From contig CAVSBL010000002.1 in the NCBI GenBank assembly GCA_963726255.1, positions 1,472,001 through 1,536,000 of the forward strand: DNA of 64,000 nucleotides, in the 5' to 3' direction. Position 1 is the first letter of the stretch. The number at the start of each line of letters is the position of its first letter. The position numbers and the translations under genes are program-made. Below are positions 31,136 to 40,522 of this stretch, in pieces. The stretch comes from Candidatus Bathyarchaeota archaeon (GTDB lineage Archaea > Thermoproteota > Bathyarchaeia > 40CM-2-53-6). The notes below the pieces were generated by a model. That model was given only the letters and a program-made list of their open reading frames with translations, was not told the origin of the DNA and did no database searches.

Positions 31136-32396
31136 TTACAGTTGCACTAGCCATGTAACTTGTTGATCTACTGATGAGTAGGTGGCAACCCTTTCCCAAT
31201 TGCTTTGGACCACGGCCCAGAACTCCATGTCCATGGTCACTCTGTCTCCAGCTGAGTTGAGTTCAGTGTTGCCTGTCGCACCCCAATACGATGCGGCTAC
31301 CGTTGGCACTGCCGCTTTAATCGCCTCACTGTCGTATTTGCCTGCATTGAGAATTGCGTAAGCCGCTATCCAAGCTGCATCGTATGTGGCCAATGCGTAG
31401 ATATCGGGTTCTTGGCCGATTGCAGATTGAACCTGCTGGTTCAGAGCCAGATGCTTAGAGGTCAATGGCGCCATGAGTTGTACAGAGATTAGATTCACTT
31501 TTGACGCTATAGCGCCAGCGTTTTGTATGATGACCGTGTCCTGCGACAGAGTATCGGGCCCAAACCAAGTTTGTCCAAGCAGCGGGCTGTTTCGGGTGTT
31601 CGCTTGGGATAGCATTGTAGCAACGTCTTCCCACATGTTGGCGAAGACTGCGACAGGTGTCTTGGCCGCCAGGAGAGGTGCCACTTGCCCCTCTAGCGTG
31701 TTGAGTACTACGGTGAAATCTGTCGTAGTCGGATAGGCGTAGGTCACGTCCGCGACCAAGTTGCCTCCGGCCGCTGTCCATGCAGCCTTGAACGAGTCGT
31801 GAATAGAGAGACTGTATGTATCTTCGGCCGAGACCATGATAACGTTCTTGAATCCTTTACTTTGAAGCGCAGCAACGAGCGCGGCGCCTTCAGCCTCAGC
31901 CGCTGGCACAACGCGGAACTCGTAATCTCCGGGTGGAGCTACGGATTCTCTGGCAGCAGTTGAGGTGCCGTCGATTACGACTATCTTGTTAGTGTCGGCG
32001 TATGAGTCGATAGCTTTCATGGCTCCGCTTGTCATGCCTCCTATGACGACTTTACAGCCTTGCGCGTACAGGGCCTGTATTCCCGTTAAGGCTACGTCGG
32101 GTTTGGTCTGAAAGTCTTCGATGTAGAACTTGAATGTCGTCGGTATGCCCAACGAGGTCACGTAGGCATTGATGTCAGTCTCTGCGATCTTGACTGTCGC
32201 CTGAGCTCTTACACCGTAACTCGAGAAGTCTCCGGTGAGGCTTAGCAGAGCGCCGATTGGAATCACGGATGGCAAAGTAGATGTTAAGGGCGGTGGGGTT
32301 GGGTGCAACGCATAACCAAGTCCGCCGCCAATCACGAGCATTACTAGCATCAAAGCAATGACGGGGGGTTTAGTAAGTGTACTAGACGTTTTTCAT
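31136..32396 (-). CDS. ABC transporter substrate-binding protein (LivK-like, membrane anchored); true ATG probably at 32396 with a frameshift in an A5 run
   Basis: IGALLSLTG, YDAAW and GATG...GDR motifs. GAGGAGG precedes ATG 32396; removing one A gives MKTSSTLTKPPVIALML in frame. Confidence 0.85.
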
Positions 32397-32460
32397 ATCC
32401 TCCTCAAAACGAAAAACGTACGCGTCTCGGCGTTTAACATATTTGTACGTAAAATTTGCG

Positions 32461-32484
32461 AAGTATAAGTATAAGTATAAGTAT
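32461..32484. repeat. Tandem hexamer (AAGTAT)x4
   Basis: aagtat aagtat aagtat aagtat read directly, upstream of the binding-protein gene. Confidence 0.9.
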
Positions 32485-32613
32485 ATTTCCGGATTTTGCC
32501 TGCTCGCAACTCTCGCACAATTTGAACACTACCCTCAGATTGGCTGGTCTCAGGTTAACACAACATGCCAATCGACATAGGATTATTGTTGCGCGTGCAG
32601 CAGTTCCCTTTAC

Positions 32614-33636
32614 TCAATTACGTTTGTCAGTTAAGTTCCACAAATCGATACGGGTCCCGATTCCCATCGACTTCGCTAATTGGTAGGCTCTGAAAGCCGT
32701 GGATGCGTCTGAGGCGGCTGTCCCTACAGATTTGAAAACGGTTATCTCACTAGGCGAAGTTCTGCCCGGCTTCCTTCCCGCCACTATGGCCCCGATCTCG
32801 CTGTAAATGTCTTCTTCTCTTAGAATCCCTTTGGAAATTGGGTAGGATAAATCGCCGACGTTCTTGGCGTCCCAAGTATCCAATACGATTTTTGACGCTC
32901 GCTTCATAACTTCCTCGTCGAGTTCTCTTGCATCAGGCGTATGTGATCCGATTCCTGTCACGTGGCAACCTGATGATAGCCATTCTCCCTTGATGATTGG
33001 TTTCGACGAGGTCGTGGCGGTCACGACGATATCTGACTCACGAACTGCATTTTCGAGATTGTCTGTCACGGCGAAGTCTGAGTCGACATGATTCTTCATT
33101 TCCTCGACGAATTTTCGGCATCTCTCGGCATCGAGGTCATAAGCAAACACCTTCTTTATTCTGCGAACTTCGGTCAGGGCAAGTATCTGGGCACGCCCCT
33201 GCACCCCTGTTCCTGCAATGGTCGCCGTAGAGGCATCCTCGCGCGAAAGGTACTTAGCTGCCACAGCGCCCGCCGCGCCTGTTCGGATTGCAGTTATGTA
33301 TGTTCCATCGAGGATGGCTAGGGGTAGGCCGTTCTCAGGGTCAATTAGGATAATCGTTGCAATTACAGTTGGCAATCCCAACTTGTGATTGTTTAGATGT
33401 GTCGTCACGAGTTTCGTTGCCAACGCGTTCGCGCCAGTCAAATAGGCTGGCATCACAAGCATGTTTCCGCCATAACGGTCCATGTCCACCCTCAGCCTAG
33501 CGGGGACGACTGCAGTGCCCAGGCCGACTTCTCTATACGCGTTCTCCACGGCTCTCACCGCTTCGATTGGCGTCAGCACGCGCTCGACGTCCTTTCGCGA
33601 CAACAAAAGAGCTGAATGATGTTTTCTACCTTCCAT
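32614..33636 (-). CDS. Ornithine cyclodeaminase/mu-crystallin family protein (candidate delta1-pyrroline-2-carboxylate reductase)
   Basis: [28 protein letters not shown] and FKSVG motifs. Confidence 0.88.
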   Translation of the reverse strand: MEGRKHHSALLLSRKDVERVLTPIEAVRAVENAYREVGLGTAVVPARLRVDMDRYGGNMLVMPAYLTGANALATKLVTTHLNNHKLGLPTVIATIILIDPENGLPLAILDGTYITAIRTGAAGAVAAKYLSREDASTATIAGTGVQGRAQILALTEVRRIKKVFAYDLDAERCRKFVEEMKNHVDSDFAVTDNLENAVRESDIVVTATTSSKPIIKGEWLSSGCHVTGIGSHTPDARELDEEVMKRASKIVLDTWDAKNVGDLSYPISKGILREEDIYSEIGAIVAGRKPGRTSPSEITVFKSVGTAASDASTAFRAYQLAKSMGIGTRIDLWNLTDKRN

Positions 33637-33671
33637 CTTGGTCCAGAACCTCTAGTAGACAATGATTGTTT

Positions 33672-34775
33672 TCATTCGATGGTCAGCACTGGTTTGCCTA
33701 GTACTTCCATCTTCGGCTTGATGCCGAGTCCCGGCAATTTGTTCGCGGCCATCCGGCCGTTGACGCGATGTGGAGCGCCTTCTGCGATACTTACAGTAAC
33801 GTAGCTATTGAAGTCGGTTGTTGAGAAGAGGAACTCAGGCGGCGTACTATGCGCTAGATGTGCTATGGCTGCAGTCGTGATGTCGCCTCCCCAACTGTCC
33901 TCAATAGTCATAGCTATGCCCATCGAAACACAAAGGTCACGCGCTTGACGCGCTTTGGTGAGGCCGCCGAATTTGCTGATCTTAATGTTCACCACGTCCA
34001 TTGCTAAGTCAGCCTTACCGCGCAGAAGCATGTCAATGCTATCAATCACCTCGTCGAGCACGAACGGATGGTTCGTCTGGCGGCGAACTGATAGGCACTC
34101 CTCGTAGGTCAAACATGGTTGCTCGATATAGACATCAACATCTTCAACTGCACGCACAACTCGCATGGCATCGTGCATCAACCAGCCGGTGTTCGCGTCC
34201 GCCACCAGGCGGTCGCCCGGCTGCAGCCGTGCGGAGACGGCGCGGATACGTTCAATGTCTGATTCAGGATCGCCCCCGACTTTGAGTTGAAAACGACGAT
34301 AACCTTCTTGTCGATAGGCGGCCACGCGATTGGCCATGCTTTCAGGTGATTCTTGCGAGATAGCACGGTACAGGCCGAAATCTTCGCCATAACGGCCGCC
34401 GAGCAGAACGCATACAGGCTGGCCGGTGACTCGGCCAAGGATGTCCCAACAGGCTATGTCGATGGGAGATTTCACGTAGGGGTGCCCTTTGAGTGCAGAA
34501 TCCATGCGACGGTTCAGACGGCCAAGTTCGAGTGGATCCTCGCCGAGTAGATGCGGTCCCAGTTCAGCGATGCCTGCGCGTACACCGTTCGCGTATGCGG
34601 GGAGGTAATACGGCCCAAGTGGGCACATCTCACCATAACCAATGACACCGGTATCGGTCTCTACACCAACAACTGTGCTGTCGAAAACGGTAACAGATTT
34701 GCCGCCGGACCACTTGTACGCACCTCCCTCAAGAGGAAGGTCAACCTTCCATGCGGAGATCTTCTTGATTCTCAT
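33672..34775 (-). CDS. Enolase-superfamily (MR/MLE) enzyme, cis-3-hydroxy-L-proline dehydratase-like
   Basis: [62 protein letters not shown] and TDFNSY, matching my recollection of the Labrenzia c3LHyp dehydratase subfamily. Confidence 0.8.
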   Translation of the reverse strand: MRIKKISAWKVDLPLEGGAYKWSGGKSVTVFDSTVVGVETDTGVIGYGEMCPLGPYYLPAYANGVRAGIAELGPHLLGEDPLELGRLNRRMDSALKGHPYVKSPIDIACWDILGRVTGQPVCVLLGGRYGEDFGLYRAISQESPESMANRVAAYRQEGYRRFQLKVGGDPESDIERIRAVSARLQPGDRLVADANTGWLMHDAMRVVRAVEDVDVYIEQPCLTYEECLSVRRQTNHPFVLDEVIDSIDMLLRGKADLAMDVVNIKISKFGGLTKARQARDLCVSMGIAMTIEDSWGGDITTAAIAHLAHSTPPEFLFSTTDFNSYVTVSIAEGAPHRVNGRMAANKLPGLGIKPKMEVLGKPVLTIE

Positions 34776-34807
34776 ACTGCAACTCCTCACGTGCTACGAG
34801 AATTCGG

Positions 34808-35185
34808 TCACCATTTCTTGGCTTCGTCTGGCTCGATTACAATTCCCTTTTCAGACTCAATCTTCCTGAGCTGTTCGTATGCTTTGTCAAATAACTCTTC
34901 GTTTAGGTTTGCAAGAGTAAATTGCATAGAGTTTTCCAGGAATTTCTGGAGTTCAAAAGGACTCTTCAACTCATGCGTAACTCCCACGTCTATGTCGCCG
35001 CCTTTCGGAACTCCGACTGTTACGTTCTTTCCATGGAATTTTACTCCCAGCCTTTTCCTTCCCCCCCAGATTGTCAAGGCCAGAACCGAGTCATCGTGTG
35101 TTCTAGCGTATGAGGCAAGAAGCCGCAAACAGTGGAGGTAATTCTCATGAATTGACAGCCTTTCTGAATCGATATTGAATTGCAT
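34808..35185 (-). CDS. Hypothetical protein (probable start ATG 35185)
   Basis: Protein-like composition from MQFNIDSERL; the longer ORF-track extension overlaps the neighbouring gene. Confidence 0.5.
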   Translation of the reverse strand: MQFNIDSERLSIHENYLHCLRLLASYARTHDDSVLALTIWGGRKRLGVKFHGKNVTVGVPKGGDIDVGVTHELKSPFELQKFLENSMQFTLANLNEELFDKAYEQLRKIESEKGIVIEPDEAKKW

Positions 35186-35357
35186 GTTAGAACCTGTTGT
35201 GTTTTTCGCCATTCGGTATAGTCCCACGCTTCTCCTATACGCTTTAGACATTAAGTCAGTATTCTCCAGGAGACACCGCGAATCGGATTGCATTGATTCG
35301 CGGAAATTGTGCTTGTGAAGATTGGCGGGGCATGTTACTTCAGGAGATGTTGTCGCG

Positions 35358-35741
35358 TTAGAGGTGCTTTCTAATCTCGGCTTCGGCTTCCTCTGGGGCC
35401 ACAACGTGCACTTTCGGCCCCGCGTCCTCTAGAAGTTTCTTTGCCTTGTCGTGCGCCGGGGCTGGGACGATGAGTACGACGGGTATGTCCAAGGTCTTGC
35501 ATGCGAACAACAGATCAGCCGGGCCCATGCGTTCCTGTTCAGCTGGTACGACCTTGTGAAAATATCCGACTACAACGTTTACCTCGCCCTTGCTAAGGTG
35601 GTTGACGTACTTCCCGTGTCCGTCCCATGTGTTCGCCACCGGCAATGTCTCAACGCCTTCAGCAGCGAGCTTCGACAACAGAAGTGCATCAGTTCCTTCA
35701 AAATAACCAACTCTAGCCAACGGTCTTAGCCTCGGGTACAA
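35358..35741 (-). CDS. Conserved-looking alpha/beta hypothetical protein
   Basis: RVGYFEGTD, NTWDGHGK and VVGYFHKV; alternating strand/helix pattern. Confidence 0.65.
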   Translation of the reverse strand: MYPRLRPLARVGYFEGTDALLLSKLAAEGVETLPVANTWDGHGKYVNHLSKGEVNVVVGYFHKVVPAEQERMGPADLLFACKTLDIPVVLIVPAPAHDKAKKLLEDAGPKVHVVAPEEAEAEIRKHL

Positions 35742-35818
35742 CTCTGTCCAAGCTCAGGATAAAAGTTTACTAATCCTTTTCTGATTGGTCTGGGCCCAAG
35801 CTTCGTTAGGGACGACTC

Positions 35819-36490
35819 TTGCGTCAGCCGAAGGCTATTCTTTCTTGGTCTTCCGGTAAGGACAGCGCAATGGCACTATACCGAACCCTCACAGGAAAGC
35901 AATTCGAGGTAGTCTGCCTCCTAACAACGCTCAGCGAACAATTCCGCCGGGTTTCTATGCATGGGGTTAGGGAGGAGCTTCTTGACTTGCAGGCAAAGTC
36001 CGTGGGCAAACCCCTGGAGAAAGTGCTGATACCCTATCCTTGCCCGAACCTGGTTTACGAAGAAAAAATGCGGGATGCCCTATCCCGATGGAAGAAAAAT
36101 GGGGTTACGCATGTCATCTTTGGCGACTTATTCCTTGAAGACATTCGGAAGTATCGGGAAGCGAACCTCATGAAGCTTGACCTCAAGCCTGTTTTTCCCG
36201 TGTGGGGAAGGGACACAGCAGGCCTTGCCCGCGAGATGCTGCAGCTTGGTTTCCGATCCATTCTTACCTGCGTTGACCCAAAGAAGGTTGACGCCAAATT
36301 TGCAGGCCGCCAATTTGACAGCTCCCTCCTAACGGACCTACCGCCGAGTGTTGACCCGTGTGGTGAGAATGGGGAATTTCACACCTTCGTCTATGATGGA
36401 CCAAACTTTCATGAACGGATTCCTGTTGAAGTTGGGGAATCCGTGTTACGGGATGGTTTTCAATTTGCGGACGTGCTGCTGAAACGCTAA
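35819..36490 (+). CDS. PP-loop ATP pyrophosphatase (diphthine-ammonia ligase/Dph6-related family)
   Basis: SWSSGKDS, FGDLFLED and DPCGENGEFHTFV motifs. Confidence 0.88.
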   Translation: MRQPKAILSWSSGKDSAMALYRTLTGKQFEVVCLLTTLSEQFRRVSMHGVREELLDLQAKSVGKPLEKVLIPYPCPNLVYEEKMRDALSRWKKNGVTHVIFGDLFLEDIRKYREANLMKLDLKPVFPVWGRDTAGLAREMLQLGFRSILTCVDPKKVDAKFAGRQFDSSLLTDLPPSVDPCGENGEFHTFVYDGPNFHERIPVEVGESVLRDGFQFADVLLKR

Positions 36491-36858
36491 CCTGGTTTGC
36501 CACCTGATCTCTTGCGTAAGAAATAGACCGGGATGAGAATCAGGAGGGCCAACTGAAGGGCTGAGCCAACCAGGAACGTAATCGATGCAGGTGACAACCC
36601 TGCCTCCACGAATGATTGATGCTCCGGTTGCGGAAGGGAGACTGCGAGCGTGAGTAGTGAGAGAACGAAAGCTAGTGGGTATGCGATTCTATGCCCCGTT
36701 GCCGCAAGCGCAGCTACGATGACATAAGCCAGCCATCCCACGAGTACCGAGTAGAAAAGCCATCGCGGGACAAGAACGTATAGTTGCAAGAGGAGAAGAA
36801 TCCCCATGGCAACTGACAGATAGATCAACAGGTCTATCGTACGCCTAATCGAAGGCAA
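36487..36858 (-). CDS. Four-TM membrane protein
   Basis: 123 aa with four hydrophobic segments. Confidence 0.6.
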   Translation of the reverse strand: MPSIRRTIDLLIYLSVAMGILLLLQLYVLVPRWLFYSVLVGWLAYVIVAALAATGHRIAYPLAFVLSLLTLAVSLPQPEHQSFVEAGLSPASITFLVGSALQLALLILIPVYFLRKRSGGKPG

Positions 36859-36952
36859 GGGAATATCCTCGGGAGTGAATTCTAAGATACTAGCGTCTGA
36901 TATGAAGTTGAAGAGCAGAATGAAGAAAAAAGAAAGAGAGGAAGAGATGTTC

Positions 36953-37075
36953 TCAGTGTTTCAGTTCTTCGATTCTTTCCGCCACGCCTTTCAGTTCATT
37001 CTCAAGATTGGTCTTGTATTCTTCAAGCCATTCCAGCTTCTCTTCTTTCGTTAGGAATCTGCGTCCACCACACAT
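36953..37075 (-). CDS. 40-aa coiled-coil microprotein (DUF5320-like), absent from the ORF track
   Basis: MCGGRRFLTKEEKLEWLEEYKTNLENELKGVAERIEELKH; GGAGGTG 8 nt upstream of the ATG; pyrimidine tract downstream. Confidence 0.8.
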   Translation of the reverse strand: MCGGRRFLTKEEKLEWLEEYKTNLENELKGVAERIEELKH

Positions 37076-37203
37076 TGCTCAAGCACCTCCTCTAGACCTT
37101 GCCCTCAGATCAATGCGGGGACAAATTTAGCGACTGAGCGACACTGAACCCCGTCACGAATAGGCTTCACGGGACCAAGGCAAAGTGTACGGAAGAAGAG
37201 TCT

Positions 37204-37719
37204 TTACTGCTTGAGTAATCCGTACTCCTTCAGCACGTCTCCATGGCCACGTGCAAAGTCCTGAGTGGTTAGGCCTTCGGGTTTCACGTACCTAAGCTCA
37301 GAGAACCACTCTGGCCGCTCCACCTTATCCTCCAAGGTCCCCTCGTATACGAAACAAAGATCCCAATGTGCGGCCTCTGGATCGTTCGGGTCCTTAGAGA
37401 GATGCGACTGGGCCTGCTGAAACCTCAATTTGCCCGGTTTGCTTATTCCAACCTCCTGGGTCAGAACTCGCATCGCCGCGTCTTCAGGCCTCTCTCCATA
37501 TTCCAAGTGGGACGCTGGAAGAATCCACTTGTTAGATGCCACATATTGTGGTGCGAACTTTTCTCCGACGTAGAATTTCTCAACCCAAATCTCAGGCTTA
37601 ACCATCTTACCTAGAAGGATGCCATCCTTGCCCCTCAGAACGAGGAAGGCCGAAATGCAAGCGCCGCCTTTCGGCACATGCCCCTCCATGAACAGTGCTT
37701 TCTTGATCATTCGGAACAC
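37204..37719 (-). CDS. NUDIX hydrolase (degenerate box)
   Basis: WILPASHLEYGERPEDAAMRVLTQEVG resembles the Nudix box. Confidence 0.75.
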   Translation of the reverse strand: MFRMIKKALFMEGHVPKGGACISAFLVLRGKDGILLGKMVKPEIWVEKFYVGEKFAPQYVASNKWILPASHLEYGERPEDAAMRVLTQEVGISKPGKLRFQQAQSHLSKDPNDPEAAHWDLCFVYEGTLEDKVERPEWFSELRYVKPEGLTTQDFARGHGDVLKEYGLLKQ

Positions 37720-37758
37720 TCGCAGAAAGTTACGACCCGCTCACAATATAAGAACTAG

Positions 37759-39474
37759 ATGCAGACGTTCAAGACTGGAACATTGACCTCCGCATTTTCA
37801 CAGATCGTAGATGCCAAGCCTCACACCCCAGTCTACACCATGCATAGGTATTTCGCGCGGAGGCCTTGGAACGTCTTTCACGAACTCGTTTCGCACTATA
37901 GCACGGTAGGTGATATTGTGCTAGACCCATTCTGTGGCGGCGGCGTAACCATCGTTGAGTCTCTCAGACTGGGCAGAAAGGCGATCGGGGTTGATGCTAA
38001 CCCGCTGGCAACATACATAACAGAAATGGAATGTAAACCCCTAAACTTGCAATCGTTCCAACAAGCGCTTCTCCACGTTAGCCAAAAAGCCGAATTAGAA
38101 ATATCGCGGCTTTACCGAACGAAATGTGCGGGGTGCAATTCTGAAGCGGTCGCCGATTGGATTGAGTGGGACGAAGCAACAGGGCGAATGATCCGGCTAA
38201 AGTATGATTGCCAGAAATGCGGGACCAGTGGTGAGAAAACGCCTGAACAGCATGACCTCAGGCTTGCGAGGCAAATCACTGAAAACTTTGCCCGATTCGT
38301 AAGCCAGCGGAAGCTTTGGTATCCTAAGACCCGAATACCAAATGGTGACAAAACCAACTCTCTCTTGAGTAAGCACATCAATTTCTTCCACGAACTCTTC
38401 ACGAAAAGGAACGCCCTCGCGCTGTCCATCCTTCATGCTGAGATTAGCCGTGTTGAGGATAGTGAATGCAGGGATTTTCTGAGGTTTGCGTTTAGTGGTT
38501 CATTGAAGTGGGCGAGCCGGCAATCCCACCTTAGAGGTGAAATAGTTGAGGGTTGGGCTATGCATGCCTACTGGGTGTATCCGAGAAGCCTCGAAATTAA
38601 CGTCTGGAACACCTTTCGACGACGAGCGCAGGCCATACTTCGTGGGAAGAAATACAGTAATCAACACCTGGGAAAATTCTGCGTATTTGCACGAGACTTC
38701 AACGAGCTGGCCAAGGGGAACGCTTCTTGCCTCATACTCAATCAGAGCTCTTCAGAACTTCCTTTCCCGGAGAGTTCTGTCGACGCAATCATTACCGACC
38801 CGCCGTACGGTGGTAACGTGAACTATGCTGAACTCTCAGACTATTGGCATATCTGGCTGAGTGAAGGAAAAATCATTGACAAGGGTAGCGAGGTAATAAT
38901 CAACAGGACTCAGGGGAAGGGAGTCGAAGAGTATGAATCGCTTCTTTACGCCGTGCTGAAAGAGTGCTATAGAGTTCTCAAACCCAACCGCTGCCTTGTG
39001 TCCACTTTCAATAGTAGGGACATACGAGTTGTTGCGAGTTTCATAACCGGAGCCTCGAAAGCTGGTTTCACACTTCACCCGGATGGGCTACTTTACCAGA
39101 ACCCCATTCGCCCTTACACCACAACTTTTCACGCGATGCAAATCGGCGCCTTCGTCGGAGATTTCGTCTTCACTTTCGTTAAAGAGAAGACACTGCAACC
39201 ATACAATTCAGGGCCGAGTACTGTTGACCTGAAGGAAATTCTGGCCACATACGTCGCAGATGCTGTGGCAGGGGAAATAACGGAACCGCAGCTAAGGGAA
39301 CGAGCCTACAGGTCAATTATCCCATTTCTAGCCAACAGGGCACGCGTTGACCTGGCTGCCTGCAAGGAGACGGTTGACTTCTTTGAAGCCAAAATGAAGG
39401 AACGTGAACAGGACTTCCGCCAGATCAGAACGAAAATCACCGAAAAGAGAAGACGAAAGTTCAGGCAGAGGTAG
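37759..39474 (+). CDS. Amino-DNA methyltransferase with Zn ribbon (COG1743/DUF1156-like)
   Basis: HRYFARRP, DPFCGGG (SAM binding), CAGC...CQKC, TDPPY (catalytic) and RVLKP motifs. Confidence 0.85.
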   Translation: MQTFKTGTLTSAFSQIVDAKPHTPVYTMHRYFARRPWNVFHELVSHYSTVGDIVLDPFCGGGVTIVESLRLGRKAIGVDANPLATYITEMECKPLNLQSFQQALLHVSQKAELEISRLYRTKCAGCNSEAVADWIEWDEATGRMIRLKYDCQKCGTSGEKTPEQHDLRLARQITENFARFVSQRKLWYPKTRIPNGDKTNSLLSKHINFFHELFTKRNALALSILHAEISRVEDSECRDFLRFAFSGSLKWASRQSHLRGEIVEGWAMHAYWVYPRSLEINVWNTFRRRAQAILRGKKYSNQHLGKFCVFARDFNELAKGNASCLILNQSSSELPFPESSVDAIITDPPYGGNVNYAELSDYWHIWLSEGKIIDKGSEVIINRTQGKGVEEYESLLYAVLKECYRVLKPNRCLVSTFNSRDIRVVASFITGASKAGFTLHPDGLLYQNPIRPYTTTFHAMQIGAFVGDFVFTFVKEKTLQPYNSGPSTVDLKEILATYVADAVAGEITEPQLRERAYRSIIPFLANRARVDLAACKETVDFFEAKMKEREQDFRQIRTKITEKRRRKFRQR

Positions 39475-39555
39475 CGTACTATGGAAATCATTCACAGGAG
39501 ATATAGCTCGGGTCAATTGATGTGGAAGATATAGAACTAGTAGTTGTAATCATGC

Positions 39556-40518
39556 TTGTCAGGACAATTTACGGCTCTAAGCTATCAGGGGCATCGTGAA
39601 AATGGAATCGAAGATTCTGCTGGAACTATTTTTGATATAGTAAAGTTCTCAACGCATGACGGCCCGGGCATTCGGACCGCCGTATTCTTCAAAGGCTGCC
39701 CTCTGCACTGTTGGTGGTGCCACAACCCTGAAGGACAGACTCCCGCAGCACAACTCGTTTACAGAGAAGAAAGATGCATCCGTTGCTTCAGCTGCGTAGA
39801 GGCATGCCCGAATCACGCTATCAAAATCCTCGAAGACATTCCAACTCTTCTAAAAAATGCCTGTAAGCTTTCTGGCATGTGCACTATAGCGTGCCAGACG
39901 AAAGCCAGAGAAATGGCGGGGAAGAGACTCAAAGTTTCCGACGTCATGGAAGAAATAGAGAAGGACAATATTTTCTATGACGAATCTGGTGGCGGAGTCA
40001 CCTTTTCAGGTGGCGAACCATTTATGCAACCCGTCTTCCTCCAGAACCTACTTGAAGCCTGCAATGAGAGGAGAATACGCACGGCCGTTGAGACCTGCGG
40101 GTTCGTAAACTCCGAGATTTTACTGAATAGCGGCCGATATGTAGATTTGTACTTGTATGATTTGAAAGTCGTCGATGATGAGACTCATCGTAGGTTCACG
40201 GGTGTCTCAAATGAAGTGATCCTGAAGAACTTGCGGCAACTCTCTCAGGTCCACGACCACGTCATTGTTCGTTTCCCCGTTATTCCCGGCGTGAATGACC
40301 ATGATGCGAACGTCCTTCGATTAGGCGAATTCGTATCGTCATTGGGAAGCGTGAAAGAAATTGATGTTCTTCCCTACCACGAACTTGGCATTGAAAAGTA
40401 CAAGCGACTTGGAATGGTGAACAGGATGCCGGAAATCGAACCGCCCTCCACCTCAGAGACGCGTGCGATAGTGGAGAAATTGGAAGGGTTTGGGTTACTG
40501 GTTAAGGTAGGAGGTTGA
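39556..40518 (+). CDS. Glycyl-radical enzyme activating enzyme (radical SAM with ferredoxin insert); start uncertain
   Basis: HDGPGIRT, GCPLHCWWCHNPE, CIRCFSCVEACP, GGVTFSGGEP and LPYH motifs. Confidence 0.93.
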   Translation: MSGQFTALSYQGHRENGIEDSAGTIFDIVKFSTHDGPGIRTAVFFKGCPLHCWWCHNPEGQTPAAQLVYREERCIRCFSCVEACPNHAIKILEDIPTLLKNACKLSGMCTIACQTKAREMAGKRLKVSDVMEEIEKDNIFYDESGGGVTFSGGEPFMQPVFLQNLLEACNERRIRTAVETCGFVNSEILLNSGRYVDLYLYDLKVVDDETHRRFTGVSNEVILKNLRQLSQVHDHVIVRFPVIPGVNDHDANVLRLGEFVSSLGSVKEIDVLPYHELGIEKYKRLGMVNRMPEIEPPSTSETRAIVEKLEGFGLLVKVGG

Positions 40519-40522
40519 TGAT

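Noticed and set aside
35819-36490. Assignment as the true diphthamide synthase Dph6
   Set aside because: Motifs fit the wider PP-loop family, including bacterial-type members; orthology cannot be shown from sequence alone.
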